DNA of 64,000 bases from assembly GCF_963921235.1 (NCBI RefSeq), contig NC_086108.1, forward strand, positions 106,704,001 to 106,768,000, given 5' to 3'. A program made the position numbers and the translations under genes. Below are positions 49,028 through 62,364 of the stretch, one piece after another (position 1 is the first letter of the stretch; every line of letters begins with the position of its first letter). This DNA is from Mobula hypostoma. Its lineage: Eukaryota. Under the pieces are notes generated by a model. The model had not been told where the DNA came from. It saw only the letters and a list, made by a program, of their open reading frames with translations, and did not search any database.

Positions 49028-51884
49028 ACAAGTGACCCCACCATCCACCCCCCTGCTCACATCCAATAAATCAGCAAATCAAACTTGCGAGGTACTAGAT
49101 TAACAATGTCCAAAGGGGTCTCGCAATCACAAGAAAAGCGACCATGGTGACCACTCTCTATTAGACTGTAAGCCTCCATTGACTCAGGCAGCAGCCTGTG
49201 CAACGTGTGTTTCGTTATCTCCACAAGGAAGCATCTCACTGATTGTTTAGTCCTGCAGTCCTTTGAGTTCTTAACATACAGCAGGATCATGTGACCATTA
49301 AACATACATTGAAGTGGAACAGTAGCACCTTTTGTTGACCCTGTAGAAGCCACTGCGACCAGTTACGCCGTCATCTTGCTGCAAGTCAATTACTTCTTGA
49401 TAGCGGGGTGGCTAGTGCCCACGATGGAGCTGGCTGAGATTACAGCCCTCTGGTGCTTTTACTGATCCGGTGCAGTGGCCCCGTCATACCAGATGGTGAT
49501 GTAACCAGTTGGAATGTTCTCCAAGTAGAGCTACTAGGTCTTGATGTTCCAATTCCTATGGTAAGTCAGCACTCTCGATGTTGGCAGTGGGCTTGGAGTG
49601 GTGGCAAAGAGGGTAGGTACATTGCTAGAGCCTCTGATGATGTACTGAATCTCCTGAAAGTCCTAATGAAGCTAAAATCCATTCTTTGTCTTTACATCAA
49701 TATGTTGGGCTCTGTGTAGATCTTCTGACATGCTGACATCCAGGAACTTAAAGCTGCTCACCCCTTTCATTGCTGGTCCCTCAGTAAGACCTCGTATGTG
49801 TTCTCCTGACCCTTCCCTCCTGAATTTCCTTGGCCTTACTGACATTGAGTGCAAGATTGTTGTTATGACACCACTCAATGATCCAATCTATCTCACTTCT
49901 GAATGCCTTCTCGTCACCATCCAATATTGCATGTATATCGGGCTCAAGGACAGCTTCTATCTTACTTATGGCTCCTAGTTTGTGAGTTGAAACCGAAAAT
50001 CAGGACTATTACAATGTAGTACATTCAAGCTAGATAGATACGTGAGAAGGGAAGGTGTAGAAGGAGATGCTAATAGATTTGGATGAAGTAATAAAGAAGC
50101 TTTGACGAGGCATAATCAATGTTATATAACAGCTGTCATTCACTCTGGCCCCAGAGTATACTGTTCAATATTAGTGAGAGCCTTCAGACTTTAATAGTGC
50201 AGATCTCTGACAGCAGAGCTTGGCAGAAATCTTTCAAATATAATACAACTTGGAATAAATCAAACCCGAGTTGAATTATTTTACAATATTTAAAGTAGGT
50301 GTTATTATAATTCCCCATTATGCTGAATCACAACCGCTAAATAAATCCTTAATTACAGCCCCCTGTAAACAAGTGAGGTAATTATTTCACACTACTATCA
50401 TTACGATCCCCTCCAAACACTTGAACCTCAGCTGACTGGCCATAATGTAATTTGACTTTGTGAAGTGAAAATTATGCTACACTTATATTACAGAAAGTAA
50501 CTGGATGGATATGAATGAGTGAGAGGCGTTAAGTTATTGTGGAGAGTAGGAGCCATAGGTCAGTCAGAACTGTAAACAGATCTTACAGATTATTATTTTA
50601 CTAAACTAGAATTTAATGCTAGAATTCAACAGTAAACAACTTGAGCTGCATGTCTCTCAATTTGTGATTGTGGTTCACCTGCTTTTAATTTTGATTCTGC
50701 TTTTGTTGTTCTACACTCCAACGCAGCAGGTTTCTTTTATCTTCTTTGCACCGTTCACCTTTCCCCTTTCCCTCCCCTGCGTTTCCCAGTGACTCACGTG
50801 GTGATGGGATATGAGGTCAGAAAATTAAATTACCACTTCCCCGTCACCGTAACGAAGTGCATACAAATTACTGCTGAAGACCAACCGAGGCAAGGGAAAT
50901 GGTTGCCGCAGTAAAACTCTGAAAATAATTCAGGTTTGTTTAATGTCACAAGTGTAAAGGAGAATGAAATAATTGTTGCGCTGGGTATGATACAGCACAA
51001 AAAAAAAACACCATAAGCATAAACAACTCAATAATAAAAAACACAATCAATATAAATACATAAGATAACTTATGTATATTGATCGTATGTCCATAAAGTG
51101 ACACTTGCACAGGAGTACCTGTACATAAGATGACTGACAGGGAAATTATAAAGCAGTGGTGGTTGGGGGTATGGAGGGATGCGTTAGAGGGTGGAGGTAT
51201 TGATCAGTCTTACTGCTGGGGGAAAGTAACTGGTTTTGAGTCTGGTGGTCCTGGTGTGGATACTACGTAGCCTTCACATTGGTGGGAGTGGGACAAACAG
51301 TCCATGAGCAGGGTAGGTGGGATCCTTCATGATGTTACTGGCTCTTTTCTGGCGCCTTTCTGTATATACGTACAGTATGTCATTGATGGTATTTAGAGAG
51401 ATAGAGTGCAGAACATGCCCTTCTGGCCTAACAAACCACACTGTCCAGCAACCAATCTATTTAACCCTAGGCGAACCACAGGACAATTTACAATGACCAA
51501 TTAACATACCAGCCCTGTATGTCTTTGGACTGTGGGAGGAAACTGTAGCGCCCAGAGGAAACCCATACAGTCACGGGGAGAACATAGACACTCCTCACCG
51601 GAATTGAACTCCAAACTCCGATGCCCCAGTATTGTAATGGTGTCATGCTAACCAGTACGCTGGTGTGTAGCCCCTCATTGTGACACAAGAAACTGCAGAC
51701 ACTGGAATGTGGATCAACACACAAGAGACTGGAGGATATCAGATGGTCAGCTAGCATCTGTGGACATTCGATATTACAGGTTGGAACCACAAAAACATAA
51801 CGCATTAGAACAGAACTGAGGCTGTGCTGCCATTCGATTTTCCTTCTGAGCCTCACTCTCCTGCCATTCCTGCTACTTTCAAGA

Positions 51885-52260
51885 TTGAATGGCGGGGTGG
51901 GGATATGGCTCAGCCAAAGGAGGTGTAAGGCACTGCTTTCCCTTCACTAGCTTGCTGGTCACCCTTGTGCAAGGTGTAGTATCTGCTTAGCATCCTGATC
52001 AGGGTCACGTGAAGCCATGGGAGCAGGTGGTGGACGGTCACATGAGCAGCTGGTGCAGATCACAAGTCCTGGTTATGCAAACACTGACACCAGGCAAACA
52101 GCATCTGAAGGGTATTGATAATGGCTGGGGTCACCGGTCTTGTAAAGACACTGTCCAGAAGAAGGCAATGGCAAACCACTTCTGCAGAAAAAATTGCCAA
52201 GAACATTTATGGTCATAGAAGGACCATTATCGCCCACATCATGGCACACAATGAACGAAC
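51885..52260 (+). mobile_element. RTE-related SINE-like repeat
   Basis: gaaggcaatggcaaaccacttctg motif typical of RTE/BovB-derived SINEs; short tail gaacgaac. Confidence 0.5.
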
Positions 52261-53804
52261 TAACCAAGAACCTTTTAACCTCCACTGTAAATAATCCCAA
52301 TGACTTGGCCTCCAGAGCTGTCTGTGGTAATGAATTCCACAGATTCACCACCCTCTGGCCCAAGAAATGCCTCTTCATCTCTGTTTTAAATGTACGTGTT
52401 TCAATTCCGAGTCTGCTTCCTTTGGTCCTAGACTCTCCCAGTACTGGGAATGCCCTCTCCATGCTCACTAATGCCATGCATTAGTATGGTAGCATTGCAA
52501 TTATTGTGCCAGTCATAAGATCGGGATTAAATTCCCACCATTGTCTTGAAGGATTTTTTTCTTTCTCCCTGTGAATACATCAGTTTCCTCTGAGTGCTCT
52601 GGTTTCCTCCCACATTTGAAAGACCTACAGTTAGGGCTAGGGAGTTGTGGGCATGCTATGTTGGTGGCAGAAGTGTGGTGACACTTTTAGGCTGCCAACA
52701 CAATCCTCACTGATTTTGTTGCCACAGGAGGCTGTGGAGGCCAAGTCATTGGGTACATTTAAAACAATGGTTGATAGATTTTTTTATTAGTCAGGGCATA
52801 ATGAACTATGGGGAGAAGGCAGAAGATTGGGGCTGAGAGGGAAAATGGATGAGTCATGATGAAGTGGTGGAACAGACTCGACGGGTCAAATGGCCTAATT
52901 CTGCTCCTGTATCTTGTAGTCTTATGATTTCATGCAAACGATGCATTTCACTGCATATTTCAATGTACATGTGACTAATAAAGCTAATATTTAAGATGTT
53001 TCATCTCCATTTAGTCATTTTAATATTTTTTGTAGGTAAGGAGAAGCTCTTCATCAGAATAGAGAGTGAAGCGGAGATAACCTAAACAAAGAGCTAAGAG
53101 GGAAGGGGCGAAAGCTGGCAAACAAATGGAGGAGGGGAAGGAATCCAGCTAAGGACAGATGCTAGGCAGATGGAGGTTACATAAAAACCCTGGTTAGACC
53201 ACACTTGGAATATTACGAAATATGGTCTAACCACACAGTTACCTCTTCTCCTCAACTGCCTATCACCTCCCCCGGTACCCCTCGTCCTTCCCTTTCTCCC
53301 ATGTTCCACCCTCATGTCTGTCAGTTTCCTTCTTCTTCAGCCCTTTGCCTTTCCCAACCATTCCCTCCCAACTTCTGACCATTCCCCTTCCCAACCCACC
53401 TGGCATCATCCATCACCTCATAGCTTGTCTTTCTTCCTCTCCCCCCACCTTCTTACTCTGGCATCTTTCCCCTTCCTTTCCAGTCCTGATGAAGGGCCTC
53501 ACCCTGAAATGTTCACCTATTTATTTATTACTCTAGATGCTGCCTGACCTGCTGAGCTCTTCCAGCCTTTTGTGTGTGTTGACATAGAATATTGGATTCA
53601 GTTCTGGTCACCTCATTATAGGAAGGATGTATAAACTTTAGAGAGCGTACAGAGGAGATTTACCAGGGTGCTACCTGTACTAAGAGCATGTCTTAGGAGG
53701 ATATGTTGAGCAAGCTAGGGCTCTTCTCTCTGGGATGAAGGAGAATGAAGAGCTGACTTAGTAGAGGTATACAAGATGATAAAAAGAATAGATCGACTTG
53801 AATC

Positions 53805-54915
53805 CAGGGATGGCCAGGGGTGGCCAACCTTTTACATTCCATGCGTCAATTTTTTCACGCACAAGTTCAGATGCGCTTGTGCCCTTGTACCCCCATACAA
53901 TTCTTGTAAAAATACGTTAATATAGACATATTTAACATTTCTGCATGATATATTGATTTAATATAAAAACAAGATAAGCATTACTTACCTTAATGAGACT
54001 TTTAACAAATATATTTTGTCTTCTTTTGATTTCTTCCTTTTTTTTAATCATATATTCTTTCCGTAACTCAGACCCAAGCACTAGCTTCAGTTTTCCTTCT
54101 ATTTCAGTCTGATGCTGTGTTTTATGGTGTCTATTAAGATTATGTCTTCTATTATGCGAGAAAGTGTTTTCACAAACAACGCACAATGGTTTTCCTGACG
54201 GACCCGCTATAAATAAGAACTCATTTTCCCACTGTTCATTGAATTCACACTTACTATCAGTTTCTGCTTTTCTTTTGCTCATTTTCTTTTGCACTGTGAT
54301 GGGTAACTGAATGTAAAAACAAGGCTTAATTTTGGAAAAAGTACAAAACTGCAAATGTTCACAAAGGACGAACAAAGCACAACTCCGTAGCGCACGAGTG
54401 TCAATTGTAAACTGACTGGCAAAAACCTGCGACGCACCGCTGGTGCAGACGCCTGGCACCTCAGGATCAAACAAGTATCAAACGTGTATTGAACAGTTAT
54501 GGAACGACTGCAGAACAAAAGTCCTTCTTTCCTAGTTTGACTCATTGAACATTTTTTTAAAAATTGAAAACAGATTAATGTGAAAGAAGATAACATTTGC
54601 CAAAAGATGTGCACAAAATAATAAAATCTCTAAAAATAATTGCTAAGTTTTAGATTTATTCTCAGTAAAACCCATTTCTAGCTCTAAGCTACTTGAATTC
54701 CTGTTATAGATTTTTTTTCTACAAATCAGTTTTTGGTGACAACCGAACTTGGAGCATTATAGTGAAGACATAAAAAGAACAATGACTGAAGGGTATGTGT
54801 TTCAGCCATCAGTAAGTAGGCTTACTTTTTATTATTATCACAGGAATGCAATGCACCACTTCTAATCATCCAATGCTCCAGTTTTGGCGCATGCACCATA
54901 GGTTGGCCATCCCTG
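53805..54915 (-). mobile_element. Non-autonomous hAT (Charlie/SPIN-like) DNA transposon
   Basis: TIRs caggggtggccaacct (53815) and aggttggccatccctg (ends 54915); extra cagggatggc at 53805; 8-bp TSD cttgaatc/ctttaatc (1 mismatch); sits inside a CR1 fragment. Confidence 0.88.
53989..54282 (-). pseudogene. hAT transposase N-terminus (BED-like zinc finger)
   Basis: MSKRKAETDSKCEFNEQWENEFLFI...KPLCVVC...NLNRHHKTQH; ends at an AAG/gtaagt donor-like site. Confidence 0.8.
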
Positions 54916-56417
54916 CTTTAATCCCAAGGCAAAAATGCCTAATACAACAGGACATAATTTTTAGGTGATTGGAGGAAAGTTTAGGGAAGATGTCAGAGGT
55001 GGATTGAGTTCAAGAGCCACAAGGTAATGTTGCAGCTCAGTGATACACAGATTAGATCACGCTTGGGAGTATTGTGTTCAGTTCTGGTCACCTCAATATA
55101 GGAAGGATGTAGAAACTTTAGAGAGAGTGCAGAGGAGACTTACCAGGATACAGCCTGGACTAAGAGCATGTCCTATGAGGATAGTTTAAGTGAACGAGGG
55201 CTTTTCTTCTTGAAGCAAAAATGAATGCAAGGTATTGGTAAAGGCATATAAAATGATAAGAGGCATTGATAGAATTGTCAGCCAGCACCTCCATTCCCAA
55301 GTTGGCAATGGCTCATAGAAGAGGACATACCTTTGGAGTAATTGGAGGAAATTACAGGGTGAATGTCAGAGGTAGGATTTTCTACACAGAGAGTGGTATG
55401 AGAATGGAATTCACTGCCAGGGTGGTGATAGATTGTGAACATTTAGCAGACCCTTTGATAGACCCATGGATGATGGAAAAAAAATATTAGCTTTATTTGT
55501 CACATGTACATCGAAACATACAATGAACTGCTTTGTTTGTGTCAAATCAGGTTCGTGAGGATTGTGCTGGATAGTTCACAAGTGTTGCTGTGCTTTCAGC
55601 ACCAACACAGCATGCCCTCAACTACGTAATTTGAACTCAAAATCAGGTTTAATAGCACCAGCGTCTGTCATGAAATTTTGTACGTTTTTGGACTGTGGGA
55701 GGAAACCAGATCACCTGGAGGAATGCCATGCGGTCATGGAGAGAATGGACAAACTCAGTACAGACCGCGGCGGCTGAAGGAATCTGTGGGAGAGAAGGGT
55801 TTGAAGTAAGTTCCAGGAGGTACCTAATAAAATGGCCGTTGAGTGCAGTTCTTCACTCAGCTGCTTGTGAAGTATATGAATGCTCCAGTTCTGAGAACTA
55901 GGAATGTTCAATCACTCAGTCCATTCAACAATAAGATTGATGGAGTTTTAGATGAGAAGAGAATTGGGGATATGGGGATTGTGTAGAAAAATGTTGAGGT
56001 GGAAAGTGATTCATAATATTGAATTATAGAGCAGGATTAATGGGTTGTATGGTTTATTCTGGGCGTATTTCTTAAATCCTCACTATATTGAACCTCATAA
56101 ATCTAAGAAATTCTTCTTATCAACTTCTCGTACTGTAAATCCCTACCACCACATTTATAATAGAAATTACCCACACAAGTTTGGCAGGCTTCATTTATAT
56201 AAAACCCCAATGGTGGCTGTCGAGGACGGACTATCGTTGGAGGGCGTAATTATGAGGTGAGTTATATGTGAGCAGTTTTCATTATAAAAGTGCACTTAGA
56301 GCATTATAGTGAAAATATAAAAAGAACAATGATGGAAGGGTATGTGTTTCAGCCATCAGTAAGTCGTGTGTATGTGCTCCAGTGTAATTAACCCTTTCTC
56401 CCTCCTCCTATCCACAA

Positions 56418-56975
56418 CACTCAGTGGCCATTTTATTAGGTTCAGGAGGTACCTAATAAAGTGGCCACTGAGCGTATGCAGTTGATCGTCTGCTGCTGGA
56501 GCCCATCCACTTCAAGGTTCAAAGTGTTTTGTGCTCTTCTGTACACTACTGCTGTAAAACATGGTTATTTGAGTTACTGTCACCTTCTTGTCAGCTTGAA
56601 CCAGTCTGTCTATTCTCCTCTGATGTCTCTCATTAACAAGGTATTTTCTCCCATAGAACTACCACTCACTGGATGGGTTTTTTTTTTGCACCATTCTCTG
56701 TAAACTCTAGAGGCTGTTGTATGTGAAAATTCCAGAAGATCATAAGTTTCTGAGATACTCAAACCATCCCGTCTGACACCAACAATCATTCCACAGTCAA
56801 AGTCACTTTGATCACATTTCTTTCCCATCCTGATGTTTGGTCTGAATTACAACTGAACCTCGTGACCATGCCTTCATGCTTTTATGCATTGAGTGGCTGT
56901 CACATGATTGGCTGATTAGATATTTGCATTAACAATCAGGTGTACAGGTGTACCTAATAAAGTAGTCACTAAGGG
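56418..56975 (-). mobile_element. Non-autonomous Tc1-like element with three TIR copies
   Basis: ORF 56610-56828 (MGKKCDQSDFDCGMIVGVRRDGLSISETYDLLEFSHTTASRVYREW); TIR at ~56950-56975; TIR palindrome at 56418-56474. Confidence 0.85.
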
Positions 56976-57459
56976 TAACTTGAGCTCCACTAGAGAACCC
57001 TTGGTCATGACTCTCTTCTGTGCCTTGCTGTGATAGATCTGCTGGTTCATGTTCATGACCGTTCTGTTGAAAGATGCCTTATGGGAAAAAAAACAGTTGT
57101 CTTACGGACATTTGGCCAATATGTAAACCCAAAATCAATACTAATAACTTATTAAGTCATAGAGCAACGAGCATGGATACAGGCCCTTCAGCCAATCCAG
57201 ACCATGTCGATCACTGTGCCTTCCCAGCTTGTCTCAGTTTCTTGCATTCAGTCCATATCCCTCCAATCCCCAATCCAGTGCATTCCTGACCAAGTGCTTC
57301 TCAAATGATGCTATTGTACCCATCCATGGCAACTCGTTCTATATACAGCACCCACCATCTTCTGTGTGAAATAGTCACCCCTCAGGTCCCTTTTAGAACT
57401 TTCACCTGTCATCCTAAACTATGCCCCCCACTGGAGAAAATACCATTTTCATCCACCTA

Positions 57460-57954
57460 TAGTTCTGTGCAAAGGTCTTAGGCACATAATTATAGCTAGG
57501 GTGCCTAAATTTTACATAGTACTCTATTTGTCAATGTGGAGCTGAGAGCAAGTTTGTTAATCTGGCAGGAGCAAAAGACAGGTGGCAGAGAAGGAGTGCC
57601 AGGAGTGCAGGATGGCGTGGGTGTCAGACGGAACCAGCCGTGAGGCATCAGACAAGGAGTCTAAACAATTGGTTTATTGATCATTACAGAATGTCCCTCT
57701 GGTGCTTCCTGCTCCCTCCCCTCTCCCTTCCCCTTTTCCCAACCATGATTCCCCTCTCCCTGCCCTCTTCCCACTCTCAGTCCACAATAGAGACCTATAT
57801 CAGAATCAGGTTTATCATCACTTACATATATCATGAAATTTGTTTTTTTGCAGCAGTAACAACAGTACAGTGCAATACATAAATTTACTACAGTACTGTT
57901 CAAGTCTTAGACATCCTAGCTACGTATATGTGCCGAAGACTTTTGCACATACTA
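57460..57954 (-). mobile_element. Composite element flanked by mini TIR palindromes (copy 2)
   Basis: Both ends approximate cagtactgtgcaaaagtcttaggcac-spacer-gtgcctaagacttttgcacagtactg. Confidence 0.78.
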
Positions 57955-58299
57955 TAACCTTTGCCTCCCATAGTTTTGAACTTCTACAGGGTTAACCCTC
58001 AATCTCCTATGCTCCAAGGAATAAAGACATATCTTGGCTGAGCTCTCCCTATTCCCGATGCCATTGTCCTTGAAAATCTTTTCTTCACTCTTTCAACATC
58101 CTTGCTCTGACAGAGTGACCAAAAACAGTAAGCAGTACTCCAAGTTCACATCGAAGCCCGAAGGTGGATTGGAGGTCCCAGTTGAAGCCTATAGGTCGAT
58201 CAGAGATCTGGATCGAAGGCCAAATATCAATAAGAGGTCTGGATCAAAGTCAAAACATTAGTGGGGGGAGGTCTAGAAGTTGAAGATCAATGGCCAGAG

Positions 58300-58612
58300 C
58301 CTCTGTCCATTGTCTCTCTGTCCATTGTCCCTCTGTCTGTTGCCTCTCTAATCTTTGTGTCTCTAACCCTTGTCTCTCTATCCCTTGTGTCTTTGTCCCT
58401 GTGTCTGTGACCTTTGGGTCTTTGCCCATTGTCCCTCTGTCCCTTCGACATTTTTGTCTCTGCCGCTTGTCTGTCTGTCCCTACTTTCTCTGTCCACAGC
58501 CTCTCTGTCCCTTGTCTCTCAGACCTTTGTGTCTCTGACCCTTGTCTCTCTATCTCTTGTGTCTCTGACCCTTGTTTCTCTGTCCCTTGTGTCTCTCTTC
58601 CTTGTATCTGTG
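58300..58612. repeat. Pyrimidine-rich degenerate minisatellite (tgtctctctgtccct-like)
   Basis: Direct reading. Confidence 0.8.
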
Positions 58613-58644
58613 TTGCTTGGTATATTCTGAGTTATTATAAGATC

Positions 58645-59880
58645 ATAAGACCATAAGACATAGGAGCAGAATTCAGCCAATCATCCCATTAATTCTGCTC
58701 CACCATTCCATCATGGCTGATCCCAGATCGCACTCAACCCCATACACCTGCCTTCTTGCCATATCCTTTGACCAATCAGGGAGCGATCAACTTCCACCTG
58801 AAATATACCCGCGGACTTGACCTCCACCACAGACTGTGGCAGAGCATTCTACAGATTCAGTGCTCTCTGGCTAAAAATATTCCTCCTTACTTCTGTTCTA
58901 AAATGTCGCCCTTCAATTTTGAGGCTGTGCCTCTAATTCTGGATACCCCTACCAAAGGAAACATCCTCTCCGCATCCACACTATCTAGTCCTTTCAACAA
59001 TGGGTAGGTTTCATTGAGATCCCCGGTATTCTTCTAAATTCCAGTTAGTACAGGCCCAAAGCTGCCAAACGCTTCTCATATGCTAACTCCTTCATTCCTG
59101 GCATCATCCTCGTGAACCTCCTCTGAACTCTCTCCAGTGACAACACATCCTTTCTGAGATATAAGGCCCAAAACTGTTGACAATACTCCAAGTGCAGCCT
59201 GACTAGTGTCTTGTAAAGGGTCAGCATTATCTCCTTGCTTTTATATTCTATTCCCCGTGAAATAAATGCCAACATTTCATTTGGCTTCTGTAACACATAC
59301 TCAACCTGTAAATTAACCTTCTAGGAGTCTTGCAAAAAACTCTTAAGTCCCTTTACACCTCTGATGCTTGAACCTTCTCCCCATTTAAATAATAATCCAC
59401 ACTATTGTACCTTTGACCAAAATGCATTATCATATATTTCCCAATACTGTATTCCATCTGCCACTTTTTCCCCATCCTTCCAATTTGTCTAAGTCCTGCT
59501 GCAAATGCATTGCTTCCTTAGCACTACCTACCCCTCTACCTATCTTTGTATCGCCTGCAAACTTTGCCGCAAAGCCATCAATTCTGTTATCCACATTATT
59601 GACAAGCAATGTGAAAAGTAGCGGTCTTCATACTGACCCCTGAGGAACACCACTTGTCACTGGCAGCTAAACAGAAAAGGCCCCTTTTATTGTCACTTGC
59701 TGCCTCCTGGCTCTCAGACATTCCTCTATCCATGCCAGTATCTTTCATGTAATGCCGAAGGATTTTATCTTGTTAAGCAGTCTCATGTGTGGCACTTTAT
59801 CAAATGCCTTCTGAAAGGCATTTCCACATTTTTTAGGTTTCAATGAAATCCCCCTTCTAAATTCTTCTAAATTCCAGTGA
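58645..59880 (-). mobile_element. CR1 3' region
   Basis: RGIEYKSKEIMLTLYKTLVRLHLEYC; FQKAFDKVPHMRLL; plus-strand cataagac tail repeats. Confidence 0.9.
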
Positions 59881-60284
59881 GTATGTTCCCAGTTCTTCTG
59901 CTCAGCATTGTTTGCACAGTATATTGACACCGGAATGCGTGGCACAGTTGCGATCTGTCTCCAGCACATGCTTGGGTGTATAAGTTGTTAATGCCAATGC
60001 CACATTTCACTATACGTTCACATATACCTGTACACATGATGAATAAATCCATATCTGAATCCAGAAGTGTGGTCTCACCAACGTCTTATGTAACTTCAAC
60101 CTAGAATCCCAACTCTATGTCCTGACTGATGAAGACCAGCAAACTGTTCACCTGTGACATCACTTTCTACGAATCATGCGCTCGTACGCCAGGTTCCATC
60201 TGCCCATTACACAACCTAATGCTCTACCATTCATAGCACAAGTCCTACACTGGTTTGTCAATCCCCTCACTGATTTGAGAATTC

Positions 60285-60518
60285 AGATAAAATGCTGGAG
60301 GAACTCAGCAGGTCAGACAACATCTATGGAGGGTAATAAGCTGTCAGTGTTTCAGGCCGAGACCCTTCATCAGAACTGATAAAGTTTCCTGCAACTTGAT
60401 GAAGGATCTTGGCTTGAAAAGTCAATTGTTTATTCCTCTCCATAGATGCTGCCCATATTATTGAGTAACTCCAGCATTTTGTGTGCATTACTCTGGACTT
60501 CTCGCATTGCAGAATCTC
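60285..60518. mobile_element. Short head-to-head Penelope terminal-repeat palindrome
   Basis: aaaatgctggag...catctatggag...cccttcatcag mirrored by tgatgaagga...ctccatagatg...ctccagcatttt. Confidence 0.7.
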
Positions 60519-60904
60519 TAGTGTTCAGATTTATTTATCACTTGTACACTGGAACATACAGTGAAATGCGTCATTTGTGTTGTTAACAGCCAACACACTA
60601 AAGAATGTGTTGGGGGCAGCCCAGAAGAGTTGTCACACACCTTGGCATCAACATAACATGCCCACACATGACAGTCCCTTGAGTTTACAGAGAATATTGC
60701 AAAAAAAAACCCCAAAAAAACATCCAGGGAGTGGTAGTTCAGTGAAGGAAAATGCTTTGTTAACGAGAGAGTTCAGAGGAAAATGGACAGACTGGAAGGT
60801 GACAGTAACTCAAGTAACCACCCACTACAACAATGGTGTGCAGAAGAGCAGCACAGAACATACAAAACATTGAAGTGGGTGGACTGCAGCAGAAGATCAT
60901 AACC

Positions 60905-61330
60905 ATACTCATTCTTTCTTCTACTGCCAGTTACTGCTGGTGTTTAGGGCAGCAATGGACGTCCTCCATCTGTGGTGGTGTTCAGGACTTCCTTCATCAT
61001 GTCAGTAACTTATCAGATTTCACTACTGTCAGTCATGCGAGTCCTGGGTGGAGGCTCAGGAATACCATCACACTCAGATGTAGATGGGATTCTGCATTGC
61101 TGTTTCTGTAACAATTTTGTTTTATCAGGCAGGGTTGTTAACTCTGAGCTGAACCCCCAAACCTGGAGGACCAGTAGACCATGCTTAGTCTGGCCTCTAC
61201 CCTTTGACCTTTTTGGCATGGACGACCGACAAAGAGCCAAAGCATAAAGCCCTGACTCCAGCCGATGTAGCTTGCCGGGTCATTAAGGGATGCAAGCCTC
61301 TGAACGACAAGGTTGTGGTTCCCTTGGAGG
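60905..61330 (-). mobile_element. RTE 5'-end fragment nested in a Tc1-like element (~60680-61392)
   Basis: Paralogous to 1160-1450; the flanks rejoin as the Tc1 family sequence. Confidence 0.6.
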
Positions 61331-62364
61331 AAACATCCACTTAGTGGCCACTTTGTTAGGTCCAGGAGGCGTCTAATAAAATGACCACTGTGTATATTTT
61401 TACTCTGTTAGTGTATATGTATAGTACTGTGACCAGTGAGTGTATATTTTTACTAGAACTTCTGGTAGTGTTTATGTATCGTACTGTACTAGCAAAGTGG
61501 CCACAGAGTGTAAGTTAGTATTCCAAGATATTGAATGACAGAATGATTGGAGCACAGTAAGGTTATGATAGATGCTATATAAATGTAACTCATATCCTTT
61601 CAATACTTCCTAGATTGTTGAACTGATAGAGTCCCCACTTTAATTGGAAATCTTTTCTTTCCACAGTTACATTTTTTCTGGAGAGTTTAATGAAGATGAA
61701 ATCTTTATCTTTCCAGTTGCAGCCCTCAAGCATTCACAGCTTTCTCAGAATGAGCAGAATAATTAAAATCTTTACAGAAATTGCCGCTTCAGACACAGCA
61801 AAGAATGAGTGATTTATTTTGCAGTCATTTCACTGGGAAATAGTTCATCCGGAATCTTTCTCCCAGGAGAACTCTAACAGCTCAGCATTAACCTCTCGTA
61901 TTGTTGTTTTCATGGAAGGCAGACGGAAACTGATATTAACAGAGACCCGCTCATGACATAATTAGTCACAGTTAGCAAATGAATTATTGAAACCGTTATG
62001 ATTTAGAGTGCACATTTCTGAATGAGAAGCCAGATTCAAGAATCTTGGCAAAAAAATAAGTTGAATTAATTTGCCTTGATGAAGGCTCTTGGCCCAAGAA
62101 GATGACTGCTTATTCCTCTCCATAGATGCTGCCTGACCTGCTGAGTTCTTCCAGCATTTTCTTTGGATTAAGGGGATCTGTCAGCCATTCAGACAGTGAA
62201 AGGACATCTCTATGTTCAGTTCAGCATGGACTAGATGAGTTGGATGACTTGTTTCTATGCTGCCGTTCTCTATAAATCTATGACTCTATGTGAACAACTA
62301 ATGTTTGGCCTTGTGTCTGCCATAGCTCAGTAAACAGTACTCAGCTCTAAGTCTGTGTACAAAG

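Noticed and set aside
50790..50933. Plus-strand coding exon after a strong pyrimidine tract and CAG
   Set aside because: The longest frame stops before any convincing donor, and the peptide is unrecognised.
58290..58656. Cys/Leu/Ser-rich ORFs resembling membrane or keratin-associated proteins
   Set aside because: All three frames are open only because of a TC-rich minisatellite.
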